Source: Vicugna vicugna | Lineage: Eukaryota | DNA length: 64,000 nucleotides | NCBI GenBank assembly: GCA_013265495.1 | Contig: MU058781.1 | Location: 6,786,522 to 6,850,521 of the forward strand | Direction: 5' to 3' | In this document: positions 12,678 through 26,531 of the stretch, piece after piece | How positions within the stretch are numbered: position 1 is the first letter of the stretch | Layout: each line of letters opens with the position of its first letter | Made by a program: the position numbers and the translations under genes | The notes under the pieces: generated by a model | The model's input: only the letters and a program-made list of their open reading frames with translations | What the model was told of the DNA's origin: nothing | The model's database searches: none

Positions 12678-13795
12678 TGTGATGTTGTCATATAATAAGG
12701 AATGTATATGCACCCAACTTTACACTTAAAAAACACACACATAAATGAACACCTCCATTCATGCACTGTCTCCTGCATTTCAGATTATTAAACCCAGGAA
12801 AGAGTCCCAGAATGTTGATTACCAGATAAGAATGTATTTATACCTGTGACAAATTGCTTCCAAAAAGAGATGTATAAAAATGTATTGCCATCAACATAAA
12901 AGTATGGCCATTCCAATGCACCTTTTGTGTTATCATTTTCTATCAAATGAAAGATGCCAAATGATTTTTTTAAAACAGAAATACATATTTTGCTGTTCAT
13001 TGTGGTTCCTGGCTCACTCTTCCTAAAACTCTTATAATTACCTAAGTGATTAGAGCCTGGGAGCATCATTCATGATAATATTTGGTTTATTATCCTTCAT
13101 TCCTGAAATAGCTCCAGAGCATTAAAGAGGAAAGGAGGTGATTTTGGGAAAGATAACCACAGGATGAAGTCTGGTTGCCAGGGAAACTAACCACGTGATT
13201 AGGAGGTTGGAACTGAAAGCTCACCCACCCTACCCCCACCCTTACCTCAGGGGAGAGGAGAGGGGCTTGAGATTGAATCAAACACCAATGATCAATGGTT
13301 TAATCAACCATGCCAACACAATGAAGCCTCCACTTAAAAAAAGAAAAAAAAGGGATGGAGTTGGGGACACCTCCAGGTTGGTGAACACATGGAGGTGCTG
13401 GGAGAGTGATGTACCTGCAGAAAGCTGCGTGCCATTTCCCATACACCTTGCCTGTGTGTCTCTTCCATCCCGCTGTTCCTGAGTTGTACCCTTTTATAAT
13501 CAACCAGGAATATAATAAGTAAACTGTTTTCTAAGTTCTGTGAGCTGTTCTAGCAAATTATCGAACAGAGGAGGGAGTCACAGGACCATGCAGGATGACC
13601 TGACTTGCTGTTGGTGTCTGAAGTGGGAAGGGGGGCAGTCTTGTGGGACTGAGCCCTTAACCTGTGGTATCTTGTTATCTCCAGGTGGATAGTGTTTGAA
13701 TTGAGTTAAATTGTAGGATGGCCAGTTGGTGTCTCCTGAAAATTGGAGAACTGCTTGGTGAGGGGGAAAAAAAAACCCCACATACTTGGAGTACA
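12678..13795 (+). mobile_element. MER21-type LTR, interrupted near its 5' end by a 267-bp insert (12710-12976)
   Basis: Starts tgtgatgttgtcatataataag; later ggttgccagggaaactaaccacgtgattaggaggttggaact, aatcaaccatgcc...aatgaagcctcca and taagtaaactgttttctaagttctgtgagc resemble MER21B/C. Confidence 0.75.
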
Positions 13796-14370
13796 GATGT
13801 TTTCAGTGAGGAGGGAGTAGACAGAAGACACTGAGTTTTTTTCCTTTGGAGAACAGCTCCAAACCATCTACCATAATAATATTTCAATCTTGCAATAGTT
13901 CACAGTAGTGAATATTTCTTAAACATTGACTATTTCCCAAGCACAGTTTTATAATTTAATTCTCACAGTACCCTAGGGGGCACATGCTATTATTATTATC
14001 CTTCACATGATAGGTAAAAAATAAAGAGAAAATTGAGATAATCTGTTTAAGGTCAAATACCTGGGAAAGGGTGGCCTTGGGATTTGAATGCACACACAAA
14101 TTGAAACACACATGTGAATGATTTTCCTAAGAAGAATAATGGATTTTCCCTGATTCACCTCTATTTGTCTGGCACAAAAAAAATAAGATAGGCAATATAA
14201 GTAATAGTGTTACTATTACACTTTACAATTTAATGCAGTACGTAGCTTCCATAAAAGTCACAAAATACTATAGGAAACAGAATATAAAATGGGTTATGAT
14301 GGGTCATTAGTAACAGTGTTCAGCCTGGAGAATGCTCTTGTCAATGAATAAGCAATGATATATCAATGAG

Positions 14371-14392
14371 ATATATATATATATATATATAT
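14371..14392. repeat. (AT)n microsatellite
   Basis: About 11 AT units read directly. Confidence 0.9.
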
Positions 14393-16726
14393 TTAAAGCA
14401 ACAGTTTCCTTTTAGTTAAGTTAATATCAAGTCAGATAATTAATAAAAATTCCATGGGAAAGTCGCAAACTAATCTTGTTTGGAGTCAGTTAAAGGCAGC
14501 TGTAAATGAAATAATATTCACTGTAATAATATTCAGCTGTAAAGAAAATAATATTGCCCTCCCGGGGAAGTGAAAAAACCCTTTTCCTTCACTAAAAGAT
14601 TCAGGATATGCTTCCACTCCTTGGAACTATGATTCCTAGATCCGAGGGCCTCCTTAAACGCTTCTACAGATCTCTGCTGGCAGGGATTGGAGTTGTTTCC
14701 CAGAAGATCTTTAAGATAGAAGGAAAAGAAAAACCTGCAAAATCTTTCTCCAGGCCAAGTGCCTTCGTGGGAGCCAGGAGGAGCTCAGGTTTCCGCGTGA
14801 GGCGCTCCCTGACGGGTGGTTTCTTTTCCGAGCCACTGGCTCTGCTTTCCAGGTAGCGCTGCAGGTACAGGTTTGTAATTTTAGAAAGCATTTCCTAAAG
14901 ACTTTACCAAAATTCTGAGACGAGTGGAAGAAATACGGCTCTAAAAATGACTGTTCCCTTTTGAACAAGAAAACCCCACATTTTTGCGGAGGGAGTAAAT
15001 GCACTGTAGTGGCGGAGGACAGATGGGTTTCCAAAAATAGACTGTAAGGCTATCAAGACCCTCGCTGGTTATGTGACTGCTTTCTCCGCAAGAGCTAAAC
15101 TAAGTTCAAGCGTCTATTGACCTTAAAAAGGCTTTAGTTACATGTGTATTTATTGCCTCCACAGTCTGTGAAATCATTATTATAAAAGGTCAAATATCTT
15201 CATATATTTGACGAAGAGAGAGAAGAGTAACCATACATTTTCCTGTAAGAGTCTTTAATACAAAACAATCAAATCCAGTGTATTTGGGGGCCAGAGAAAT
15301 TTCAATATTGATTGGATATTAGATGATAATTAAGTAAAATTTGTTTAAAAATGGTTAGTTTTGTGAAGTGATAATAGTATTTTGGTTATGTCATTTTTAA
15401 AAAGATGCACACTGAAGTCATTAAAGGCAAATGTGATATCTGGGATTTGTTTTAAATACTTTATCAAATTTGTACCACAGATGACGTCAAAGTGGCTAAA
15501 TGCCAGTTAAGATAGGTGATTTGTTATGTTGGAGTTTATTATAACATTCTCTTAACTTATAATGTTTAAGAATATTTCATAATAAAGTGCTCTAAAAATA
15601 AAAATAAATACAAATAAAAAGCTTCCAAAGGAAAGCTCTAATACTAAAAACAGGTAATTTCTCACAAAACAAATAGATGCATTATGCAGATGGAAATAAT
15701 AATGAACCTAAAATAGGTCATTTGCAAACCTAGTGCAAAGCAAATTAGGTTTTTCAATGAACTTCGTCGATAATTCATGATCAGACACAGTGATGGCATT
15801 GAACATAGAAGCATGACCATGATAAAGAAATCAGAAGGTTAAAATAATGTAAAATGTTTCACTTACATTAATCCCAAAATGCACTAGATTAAAAAAAAAG
15901 GAAAATCAGAGGATTTCTTTTTTTTTTTAGCATTTTGGGTGGGATAATTTGTAACAAAAATTGTTCTTACCCATGTAAATGAACTGTAATGCTATCTTTA
16001 GTGTTGGTTGATTTTTTTTAAATATATAAGTTAAATGTACAGATTTTCATTTACATTAGTGGAAAAGTAAAACTAAATTGCATAAATCCAATCAGGAGTT
16101 TATATTTCATTTGTGGGTAACACAGTAGCAAGAGGATCTCACATAGAGCCCTTTTCCCTGTGGATGCAGTTGTGTCTTAGGAAGAGTTGTGCAGAAGGAT
16201 GCAGCTAAGGAAGAATGCTTCCTCGTGACCCACTTCACATGTCGGTGGACTTCACAGATTTTTCTATAGTGGGATTTCAGCTTAAGTCACAGGCTTATTC
16301 TGGCCACTTCTAGGATGCAGGCACAATCAGACTGTTTTCTAAAAACCTATCTGGACCAACCTGAGGGATGTGGATTTGGAGATGGAGCTGAAGAGCCTCC
16401 AAGGACAGGATTCATTCTCCATAGAGAAGAAATTAGACACAAAGCCGTTGGAAGAGGAAAGGGCTCTGAACAGAACGGCATGGGTTATAGTCTAATTCTG
16501 CATCAATCAGGGTATCCCAAAGATGAAACAGAGGGCCCCCTTAAATTAGGATAACTTGAGGAGGGTTTGGGACCTTTTATGGGTGGGGGGAGAACCTCAG
16601 GGAGAGTCACCTAGGTTAGAACCAGCGGAGATCTGGTCACACTGAAGGGGAGTACAGTCGGAAGATGGAAGGAGTTGGGAAGTGAAGGCCACCTTGAGAG
16701 GAGCAGTGACATTAGTGTCCACAGTA

Positions 16727-16845
16727 TTTTTTTGTTGTTGGGGAAAGTAATTGGTTTTACTTATTTAGAGGAGGTACTGGGGGATTGAACCCAAGACCTC
16801 ATGCATGCTAAGCATGCACTCTACTACTTGACCTATACCCTCCCC
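16727..16845 (-). mobile_element. Camelid tRNA-Ala-derived SINE (Vic-1 type), long-tail form
   Basis: Reverse complement reads GGGGAGGGTATAGGTCAAGTAGTAGAGTGCATGCTTAGCATGCATGAGGTCTTGGGTTCAATCCCCCAGTACCTCC plus an A-rich tail; A and B boxes present. Confidence 0.85.
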
Positions 16846-17239
16846 GCAGGTTAATGTTTTTAAAATCTTCCTTACATTGTGTCACTCCTATGTTCAACCC
16901 CTTCTCTGCCCCGCCCCCAACACAGCCAGAGCTTCCCCCACACCTGGAATTCATCTCAACTCCTTACCAGAGTCCGTGGGGCCATCACCACCTGGACACT
17001 GCCTGCTTCCCAGCCTTACCTCTGAGCACCCTCCCCCGTCACCCTCAGCTCAGCCACACTGGCCTTCCTTCTATTCCAGAACATTCTAGGTTGGTTCTCG
17101 ACCCACGGCCTTCATCATAGCCTCTGTCTGGAAGATTCTTCCTCTCATTCATGTCAAAGCTCAAAGGGCAACTTGGAAACACCTTTCCTGGCCATCTGTC
17201 TTAAATAACTATCTTTATCCAAGCACCTTCTGTCCACTT

Positions 17240-18530
17240 ACCCTGGACTGTGGTTCCCTATATTCCTGGGCACATATGTCTCTATGAAAAATTTCTAGGA
17301 TTGCTGGGTCAAACGGGTTGTACGTTTAAAATTTTGAGAGGTGCTGTGAATTGCCCTCTATAGAGGTTAGACCAAGTTACGCTCCCATCAGCAGTGTAGG
17401 AGAATGCCTGTTTCCCTCTGACTTTGCTACAGAGGATGTATGATGGTTTTGAAAACCCATCACTCAGACTTTGCCCTGCGGAGAATGTAATTATTGCCGT
17501 CTTCGGAATCCACCACTGCGCACGCGCTGAGGCCAGGCTTCCCACGGCTCCTCCCAGCCGGCGAGCGGCTCAGTGTGGCCAGGACCATAAGGAAGGTTTG
17601 TTCCTGCAACATGTGGGATTCCTCTGTAGGTGTTCAGCTCAAGGACTCTCCATCAGCCTGGCCAAACTCTGTTAGAGCTGTGCCGCAGCCTGAGACTCTC
17701 CCTATCCAATCCTTCCTTCTCCTTCCCTCTCACCTTCCTGCATCATTGGCTAAGGTTCTCTCTGCCTCCTCCAGCTTTCCTTTTGCCATCAGTGGAATTC
17801 TCCTAATCCCATTTTGGTCCCTGCTTCTCAGAAGACCAGCACTAATGCAGCATGTTGTTCTTCTCTGCCAGTATGACGGGTTAAAAAATGAGCATTTCCA
17901 AAAATTCTTTTTCACTTTTTTAGCATAATTTGAACTTGCATTTTTCTTATTAATGACTGAAGTTGGGCATGTTTATTTATTGAAGGACCATTTATATATT
18001 TTTTTTTCATAAGATGTCTCTTCATCTCCTTTGCCCATTTTTCTATTGGGTTAATGGTCTTTCTTACTGACTTACAGGATCTCTTTACATTTTAGGGAAA
18101 TTTATTTGTAAAATAAACCACAAAAAATATTTTTTACAGCTTGTGTCTTCTGTTTTTGTTTAAGGTGTTTTTTTCCCCATGCAAAAGCTACTTATTTTAT
18201 GTAAAATTAATATTCCTATTTTTTTCATGGCATCTGGGTTTTGTTTCACATTTTAAAAGTCCTTTGCCAATCAGAGAGGATTTTTTAATTCTCCCATCAG
18301 TACTTTTATTTTATTTTTAACATTTAAATCTTTAGTCCTTCTTGAATTTATTCCAGTATAGCATATTAGGTAAGAATCCCAACAATTTTTTCCAGATGGA
18401 TACCAGTTGTTCCAACACAATTTATCAAATTATCTTTTTCCTACTAATTAGAAATGCCAACTTTATCATGTAGTAAATTTCCATTTGCACTTGGGTCTTT
18501 TTCTGTATGTTTCATTTAATTTGACTTATC
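17240..18530 (-). mobile_element. Old L1 (L1ME-like) fragment interrupted by an ERVL LTR16-like element (~17430-17850)
   Basis: Antisense L1 ORF2 motifs (cccatcagcagtgtaggagaatgcctgtttcc; tttgcccatttttctattggg; ccagttgttccaacacaattta) flank an LTR16-like block. Confidence 0.55.
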
Positions 18531-19009
18531 TGTCTCAGAGAGATGCTTTGGCCTGTATTTTATTAGTCTAGTATTATTTAAAACACAAACAGGCAGATAT
18601 CCAAGATTCCAGTATGAATTTATTCAAACTCCATCCAGAGCAATATATCCAACAGATCAGTTGTTCTTTGGGGAAAATATTGTAAAATCCTACATCTGCT
18701 TAAATCCAGTCTTCTTCATCATTTGCGGCTGAAGTCCAAACCATAACTGCTATCAGTATTAGTCAATGAATGTTGACCTTTCTGTAGCAAAATAGCTGAC
18801 GAGTATCAATTTTGCTTGTTTTTGTGGGTCAAGTTAGGATATTAGTGGACTGCGCTCATAGTTAAGGTAAGAAATTGATTCTGCTGTTTCTCTGTTCACC
18901 TTCTTACTTGCTCCCAAAGACTGGTTCTTGGTTTTGTTTTTTGTTTTTTGTTGTTTTTCATCAGCTACCTATATTCACTTAGTCTATATTCTCACCCAAA
19001 CCACCCTTT

Positions 19010-19482
19010 TGTCAGTACTCGTGGGGGGTTGGTTTGTAGGCAACTTTGAGACAGCCCTGAGACTTTGCTTTATAGAACTCCAACCCTGGGGAGTGTAATT
19101 GACCAAGGATCCCAGCCCTGTGCTCTGAAATCCACTGAAGTGCATGTGCTGAGGGGCTGCCTCCCCAGGGCTGTCGGCGGCGACTGAAGGAGGCAAAGAT
19201 GCTAAGGCAGGCTGTTTGCAAGAAACAGCTGACTCTGGCTTTTGGATTACCCAGTGGCCTTGCAGAGCCTTCCTTTAATTGTACAGCAGTCAAGGACCCT
19301 TCTACCCAATCTTTCTTCCTTCGTGCCTTCACTTAAGTCAGATGTGCATGACAGTCTGACAGTCCTCCCAGCCTAATGCAGCTTTCTCCCCATTTTCTCT
19401 CACACACAAATTTTTCCTATTAAAATCCTTGCACATTTAATGCCATTTCGACATCTGACTCTTGCAGGACCTGCACTGACAC
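19010..19482 (+). mobile_element. LTR16-like ERVL LTR
   Basis: acccttctacccaatctttcttcctt...cctattaaaatccttgcacatttaat...ttgcaggacctgcactgacaca resembles the LTR16 3' end. Confidence 0.6.
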
Positions 19483-21964
19483 AAGCTTCCTGTTCTTGTA
19501 GCCATTAAATGTATTTATTGGTACTTCTACATTCCCATCATAATTGTGGTTATATGTTGGATCCTTGCTCTTGGCCACCGGCTTCAGTCTCTGGTTGTGC
19601 ATTAGGAATAGATCTTTTTCTCAGTTGAGCACAGTATCCTGCCTCTGAACTACAGAGATGCAGTCAGAGATTATTAAATCTGTATGTCAGTAAGTTAGGA
19701 CTTTCAGACTTGAGTGCTCATATAGCGAGGATGAATGGAATATTCATCTTAAAAACAATTGCCTGACTAATAATACAAGAAGTAATTTCAACCTGGGTTT
19801 CATAGGGTCTGTACCCAGAGAACAGCTGTTCCTAGGGGCTGAGATCACCCTGGTGTCTGTAGGTGAAGCAGCACTAATGCATCATCTTGATCCACCCAAT
19901 GATGAATAGACACACCCTTGAATTTAGCTAAATATCCACCCATCCTGCCTTTTGAAAAGATGTTCAGTGTTCCCAAAGCTATGACTTAATTGCAAACATG
20001 CTTCCTCTTTTCCATCTTCAAGGATTTGGATTTTATAAAGAAACCAAGTGTTATCTGAAGGTTAAAGCTCAGTCATTAATCCTTTCTCTGAGTTCCAGGA
20101 GAGTGTTATTAGTTTCCAAACATGAAATGCTCACAGGAGAGCTGCTGACTCCCAGCCTGACCAAACCCTTTCATGCTGTGGAGTGTAGGATGCGCAATCG
20201 TTCTGGAATGCCTCCGAGATGACTTCTGCAGGTGAGCCTTCCCTCTGAGTGTCTTTGGGGCTAGATCAGTCATGTCCATTTCATTGCTGATGAAGTGTTT
20301 GTGTGACAAAGACTGTTTAAGTAGTTTACTTCACAGCTCTGATGAACACGTAGTATTTGAATCCTAGTATGTCAGTTACAGACATTTATCACCATTAAAA
20401 ATTCCTGCCTCTTTCACTGTGCAAAGGAGAATGTACCTGAGCAACATCTATCTGGGAGGGGTTAATATGAGAAAGAATTTAGGGAGGAGAAAATTACACA
20501 ATCTCCAATTTTTCCAGAGAGCCTGAATTTTTACCAGGTTTGCCTCAGGTTTCTGTCTGTTTACAGACCATCCCAGCGTGGTACTCTAGCTAAAATGATG
20601 TGCCACTCAATCCCATTTTCTTGTTTCCTGGCCATTCATACTGCAGTGTCAATGGGATGTATACTCATCCCAAACTAAATTCTCTAGCAGGTTACCCTAG
20701 ATATGGGGCCTGTTGTGAGCCAGTGCTGTCATGCCCGAGACTGGCCCTGCTCAATGGAGTGCACAGAGAAAAGCCATTGCCACCTACAGATGAACTTGAG
20801 TATTAATGAAAACACCTAAAACTGTCTCAGAACTTCCACCATCCACCATTTCATCAGTTTAAAAAGGTTGCAGCAAAGAAATTCTAATAAAAAAGGGGGA
20901 AAATCTCCACCCATTCTCACACCACTTTAACTGTGCATCTATGTTAAAACTGTGAAATGCATGCTAATCTGTATTGACATATGCATGTCGTGGTCACACA
21001 GTTGGATCGTGGTGTATACAGAATTGCATGCTACTTCTTTCACTCATTTCAGTGTTAAGACGTAACCATCACACTTATTCTTTTCAGTAGCTGCGTAATG
21101 TCCCATCATTCATATGTAATTTACTTCATCACTCCCAGCTGTTAAATATCTAGGTTTTCGGGGAGGGGGGGTGGTCATTGATTTTTTTAAATGTCTTATT
21201 AATGCCACTCTAAACATCACTAGATGTTGCTTTTTCAAAACATATTTCCCTTGTGATCAATTCCCAAGAATAGTTCTAGTAAATCAAATAATATAAATAT
21301 TTTAATGACTTTTTATAGGTAGCCAAATAGTCCTCCAAAAAATAGAACAGAGTTGCAGGTTTACTGGTATAAATAGCATATGACATATATTTTAAAAACT
21401 AAATCATTATGTGTTGCTATCAAATATAAAGGAGAATATAATAAAGGGCCAATGAGCGGTTCAAATTAGCAAGACTTAAGAAGGAGCAACACACAGGACA
21501 GTCAAAAGGCTTAGAGAGGGCTGCTCTGTCTTGACTGAGGAGGCTCTGAGGGTAAGAATGTCATGTGTGAGATATTAACCAGGCTTACTGGCAGTTTCTT
21601 TTTGAGAAAAATCAGAGTTCTATTGGAATCAGGAGGAGGTTGTGCTATTAGCAGCAAAGAAATTCCTATCAGGGGAACTAAAGCAGTGGGGTCTAACAAG
21701 GATGGGTGTTAGATCCAGACAGACATGGGTTGAAATCTCAGATCCATTTCTCCAACTGTGGGGCCTTGGGCAAGTTACACGTCCCTTCTCAGGCTCAGGG
21801 AGAGCTTTGTAAGGATTATAGATGGTACCTGTGAGGAGGAGACATAGGATCACGATCATCATCCCCATCATCAGGAAGAGTCTGTCCTTATTAGTGGCAG
21901 AACTCATGGAACAATCTAAGATTGTCACAAGTTGGGTTATCAGAACATAAGGCACACAAAGGGC

Positions 21965-22170
21965 TTCAGAGGATGAGGAGGTGACGAGGAAGGAGAGAAG
22001 AAAGAAATGGAGAAAAAGGAGGACGAAGTGGGTAGAGGAGTGGGAAGTGGAAGAAGTAAAAGAGAAGGAATTGAAGGAAAAGGAGGAACCAAGAAGAGGG
22101 AAGAGGAGGGAGAAAAGGAAGCAGAAGAGAAGGGAGAAGGATGAGAATAAGGAATGGGATGAAAGATAAG
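21965..22170 (+). repeat. GA-rich (polypurine) low-complexity tract
   Basis: About 200 bp composed almost entirely of G and A. Confidence 0.85.
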
Positions 22171-22894
22171 CCTGTGAATGAGGCTCTAAGGTTTGTCCTT
22201 TGTGATAGCCCTCCACTAATAGCCCTGCAGGGGGTGTTCTGAAAGTTTTGGCCATTTGAGTGCAGAGCAGTGCAATATCTGTATCTGATGTGGGGGGAAG
22301 AAGCTTGAGCCAGGGTGACCAGTGTTACAGGGTTTTTAATAAGTGACAGGTCTGCTTGCAGGGTGACCTGTGAGGTTTAGAGCAGGACCTCAGACAGTGA
22401 CTGGAAGCTCTGGGACAGGGCTCACTCCCTAGGGTGGATGGTGGTGGCTGGGTAAAGTTTTCAGGAGTAAGACAAGAGGACTGAAATTCAGGCAGGCTTC
22501 AGTCTCAAGAGCAAACTGGAGAATTAATCAGGAGGCTAGGGCAAAACTACCCAGGTTTACAGACTGGATAAGAAAGGCAGGGGTTAGGGAGAGGTAGCAG
22601 AAGATACCAAGACATTGCCCCATACCAGATACTGGTTAAACATTGAAAAACAAATTTTAATATTTCCTGAGAGTTCATTCATTCATTTCTTCATCAATTT
22701 TTGATTGAAGGCTGGACACCATGCTTAATCCTGGGAATATAAATAGCAGGAAGTCGTTGTATAACACCTAAGGAGATCTCAGATGTGGGAGACAGATACA
22801 GAAATAGGGAGTGACCAGTGCAAAGAATCAAAAGATGCTATGATGAGCTTTATAATGGACATGAAGCTTGAGCTGAGTCTTAAAAAATGAACAG

Positions 22895-23505
22895 AGAGAA
22901 ACTGGAAACCTCATACACTGCTGGTGGGAATGTAAAATGGGGTGGCCATTGTGGAAAACATTTGGCAGTTCCTCAAAAAGTTAAACAGAATTACCACTAT
23001 ACCTAGAAATTCCACTCCTAGGTATATACCAAGGAGAATTGATGTCTACACAAAAACCTGTACCTGAATGTCCACAGCAGCATTATTCATAATAACCAGA
23101 AAGTGGAAACAGCCCAAATGTCTATGCACAAAGTGTGGTATACCCATACAATGGAATATTATTTGGCTGTAAAAGGAATGAAGGGCTAACACGTGCTACA
23201 ACGTGGATGACTCTTGAAATCATGCTGATTGATAGGAGTCAGTCACAAAATGCCACATATTGTATGACTTCATTTCCATAAAATATCCAGAATACAGATG
23301 GAAAGCAGCTTAGTGGTTCCAGGCACAGAGGGGAGGGGGAAAAAGGAGAGCGTCTGCTTAATACATTTGGGGATTCTTTTGGGGATGATAAAAGTGTTCC
23401 AGAACCAGATAGAAGAGGTGGTTGTACAACACTGTGAATGTACTAAATGCCACCAAATTGTATACTTTTTAATGGTTAATCTTACGTGAATTTTACTTCA
23501 GTGAA
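22895..23505 (+). mobile_element. L1MB-type LINE 3' fragment
   Basis: cctcatacactgctggtgggaatgtaaaatgg...ccactcctaggtatatacc...acaatggaatatta...gtgaatgtactaaatgccac. Confidence 0.8.
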
Positions 23506-25512
23506 AAGTGAATTGAGACTCACCAAGTGGACAAGGTGAAGGAGGCTGTTCTACAGAGTTCATATATATGTTAAGGCCCAGAGGCACAAGGAGGCTGGAT
23601 CATTTGGAAACATGAAGAACTTTAGTGTGACTAGAACACAACAGAACATAGGAGATGAGACTGGACATGTGGGTGGGGGCCAAAAACTAAAGGGATATTT
23701 GAGCTTCATTTTGTGGAAACAGGCACCTCCTAAACTAAGGCTTAAAAATGGGGCAGGGCTGAGACCATAGGTAGAACATTGTCCAGAGTTAGGGTGGCCA
23801 AAATGTCTGCTTATCGTTGTTCACAGAATGTTAGAAATGGAAGGAACTTAGAATATTCAGCCTAGTCTTCCCCGAGGTGGGGTCATGAAACGCTGGTCTT
23901 GCCTGGTGCTCTGGAAAGGAAAGAGGCTGTGTGTCAAGTCATTCATTCACCGCTGTGTCCCTAGCATCTAGAGCAGTGCCTGGCACATAGTAGGCACTCA
24001 GTAAATCCTTGCCAAATAACTAGAATAAGTTTGGGGGAGGCTGCAGGCTCTCTTTCCCTCTTGGAGGGCATCTAAGCACATGAGCAAAATAAGGCCCCTG
24101 CAGAGACCAGTACTAAGGAAATCAGTTTCCACTTCCATTCATTCAGCGTTTCCCCGCTAACGCGTCACGTTTCTTTTTCACAGTGCTGATGCGTGTCCTG
24201 TAGATCTAAGGCTCTCAAGAAAAGTTTGGTTCATCTTCTTTATTGCACAGGTGAGTCACAGCACGCCAGATATGGAATTTTAAGCCAGGCCCAACCACAG
24301 TGAAAGTCAGAAGTATCCAAATTGCAAGGACCCGAACCCCAAGAAAAATGAGACCTAACATTGTAATAAATGTTTTGAGGGGCAAATTGTCCCCTGGTTT
24401 GGATGGAAACAGAGATGTCTGGGCAGCCTTTCGTTTTTCCTGCCAGCAAAATTGGAGCCATTCCTTGGCTGAGGAAAAGCTGTTTCCACCCGGATACCCT
24501 CTGGTCATTGATTCAACTTTCTTGGATTGACAAGCAATTGGATTCTTTGACTTACTGACCCCATATCAGACATGGACTCGTGGCACATCAGTTTTTCTCT
24601 TCCATAAAACTGAGCTAAGATACTACCTACCTTCCCATCAGAGGATTTACTCTGAAACATTAGAAACTTAAAGCTTAGATGGGTCTTTCACTTAGATGGG
24701 CCTCTTTTACAATTTGTTGTAATTTCTGTATTCAATTCTAAATGGATATTTGGCATAGTCAGTTTATATGCTCTTTCTTAAAGAGCCCTTCTTCCCAACT
24801 GTATGCACTTCTGACCGCATGCAACTTGGATTCCACACTCATGAGGCGTGTTAAATGACCTTTAACACGGCAGCTCCTTGAGGGCAAAGAGTCCCCTGCA
24901 CACAGCATTCACGGTCTATCTGACAATTATTAGGAACCCAAGAAAGATTTGTTGAGGTTGACTGTTTACAGACATCGTGTACATTAAGCACTTGGCAACT
25001 GGTCCTCATTACATGGAGTGTTTATAAATGAGCATCAGAGGCAGAAAGGAAAATCGTACCCAAAGGTGATTCTATGCAGAAATATGCAAATGTCATTGGT
25101 TTTGAACCAGCCCACAATAACTATGAAGAATGTTCAACATCACAGGAATAAGTTGCAGATTTGGAAATGTCCACTTGTCCCTCTGCTCCAGAATGAATTT
25201 GCTCTTTCCACCCTTTACTGTCACTTAGTTTATTTATATATCCCTTCTCCTTCAGAAGGTAGCCGCTGCAGTCTGCCCTTACCTGCGAGAGTGTGACAAA
25301 GGGCACTTTGATGCAACGTTAATCACATTCTAAGCTTCATCCAGAGCAGCTGAAATCATTAGAAGAGCAGACACTCTGTCTGATGTTCCTTAAGAACGTC
25401 GGGTGATTTTCTCATTCAGGGATGATCCACATTCTTTATAGTCATGATGCAGAGTCTGAGGACTTCGAAGGAAGCCAATCAGGAGACAGTTGGAGGAGTA
25501 GGAATAGAGGCA

Positions 25513-25582
25513 TGTGTGTTTGTGTGTGCGTGTGTATTGTGTGTATGTGTGTGTGTGTGTGTAGTCTGCCTGTGTGTGTGTG
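25513..25582. repeat. Imperfect (GT)n microsatellite
   Basis: Read directly. Confidence 0.9.
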
Positions 25583-26459
25583 CCCTCTGTAAATGGAAAC
25601 CTAGCGGAATCCTCTGTGAATAGCAATTAACCACAGCAGTCAGTGCCTGTGCTGTTAATACAGTGAGCACTAAGGCAGCGCAGGCATGAGGGGCCCCCCT
25701 CTCTTTCCTCCTCCGCACCTCCCACCCTCTCCAGAATCCTTCCTAGAAGGCATTCACCCTTCTCATCTTTATCCTAAAGAATGGCTGGAATGTGGGATGG
25801 CTGGAACTAACCCCTGCCGTTTATTAGTTCCTAAACACTGCTCCAGTCTCGTCAAAGGAAATGAAAGCAGAGGGACAGCCCAGCTTACAAACTCTGGGGA
25901 CAAGATGTCAGTGCCATCCGCTGCTGGACTGAAACACTGGGCTATTTATCAAACAGGGCCCCATCTGTTCAAGGCAGAGGAATGCTATTCGCTTGGGGAG
26001 GAAAGGAAAAATTGATAGCAATATTCCCTAGCTTTTTCATTAGAGGGGTGAAAAATAGCCTTTCAAAAGAAAGACACATTTATATTCCAACTGAGTTATG
26101 AATTTAAAAGCATCACTTGGCTGAGGCTTGTTACCTGCGTTAGCCAACCCTAACATGCAACAGGACCGCAAACCTTTAAGAATTCTGTTCTGTGAATGAG
26201 TCCCTGAGTCTTTCTTTGGCAATTTTCTGCTGGGGGAAAAAAAAAGAAAAAAAGATTTGGCTCATTATTTTATGGTAAGCAGCATTCAAAGGGCAAAATA
26301 ATAATGACTTTCAATAAGAAATGAGAGCATTTGCAGCAAACATGCACACAATCATTTCAATTCCCAGCGAGGAGCATCTTTGAAGATGATTATCCAAAAT
26401 CAACTAAATCCTCCCTTTATCCCCGGTTTTCAGAAAATTCATGATGATGTTATTGGCCT

Positions 26460-26531
26460 TACTGTTATTGTTGTTGTGATTATTACTGTCATCGTCATCG
26501 TCATCATCTTCGTCATCATCTTCATTATTAT
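26460..26531. repeat. Compound trinucleotide repeat (TTG/TCA/TCG)
   Basis: ttgttgttgtgattattactgtcatcgtcatcgtcatcatcttcgtcatcatcttcattatt. Confidence 0.75.

Noticed and set aside
21629..22255. 208-aa hydrophobic ORF (and a 62-aa K/E/R-rich ORF on the opposite strand)
   Set aside because: Artefact of the GA-rich low-complexity tract.
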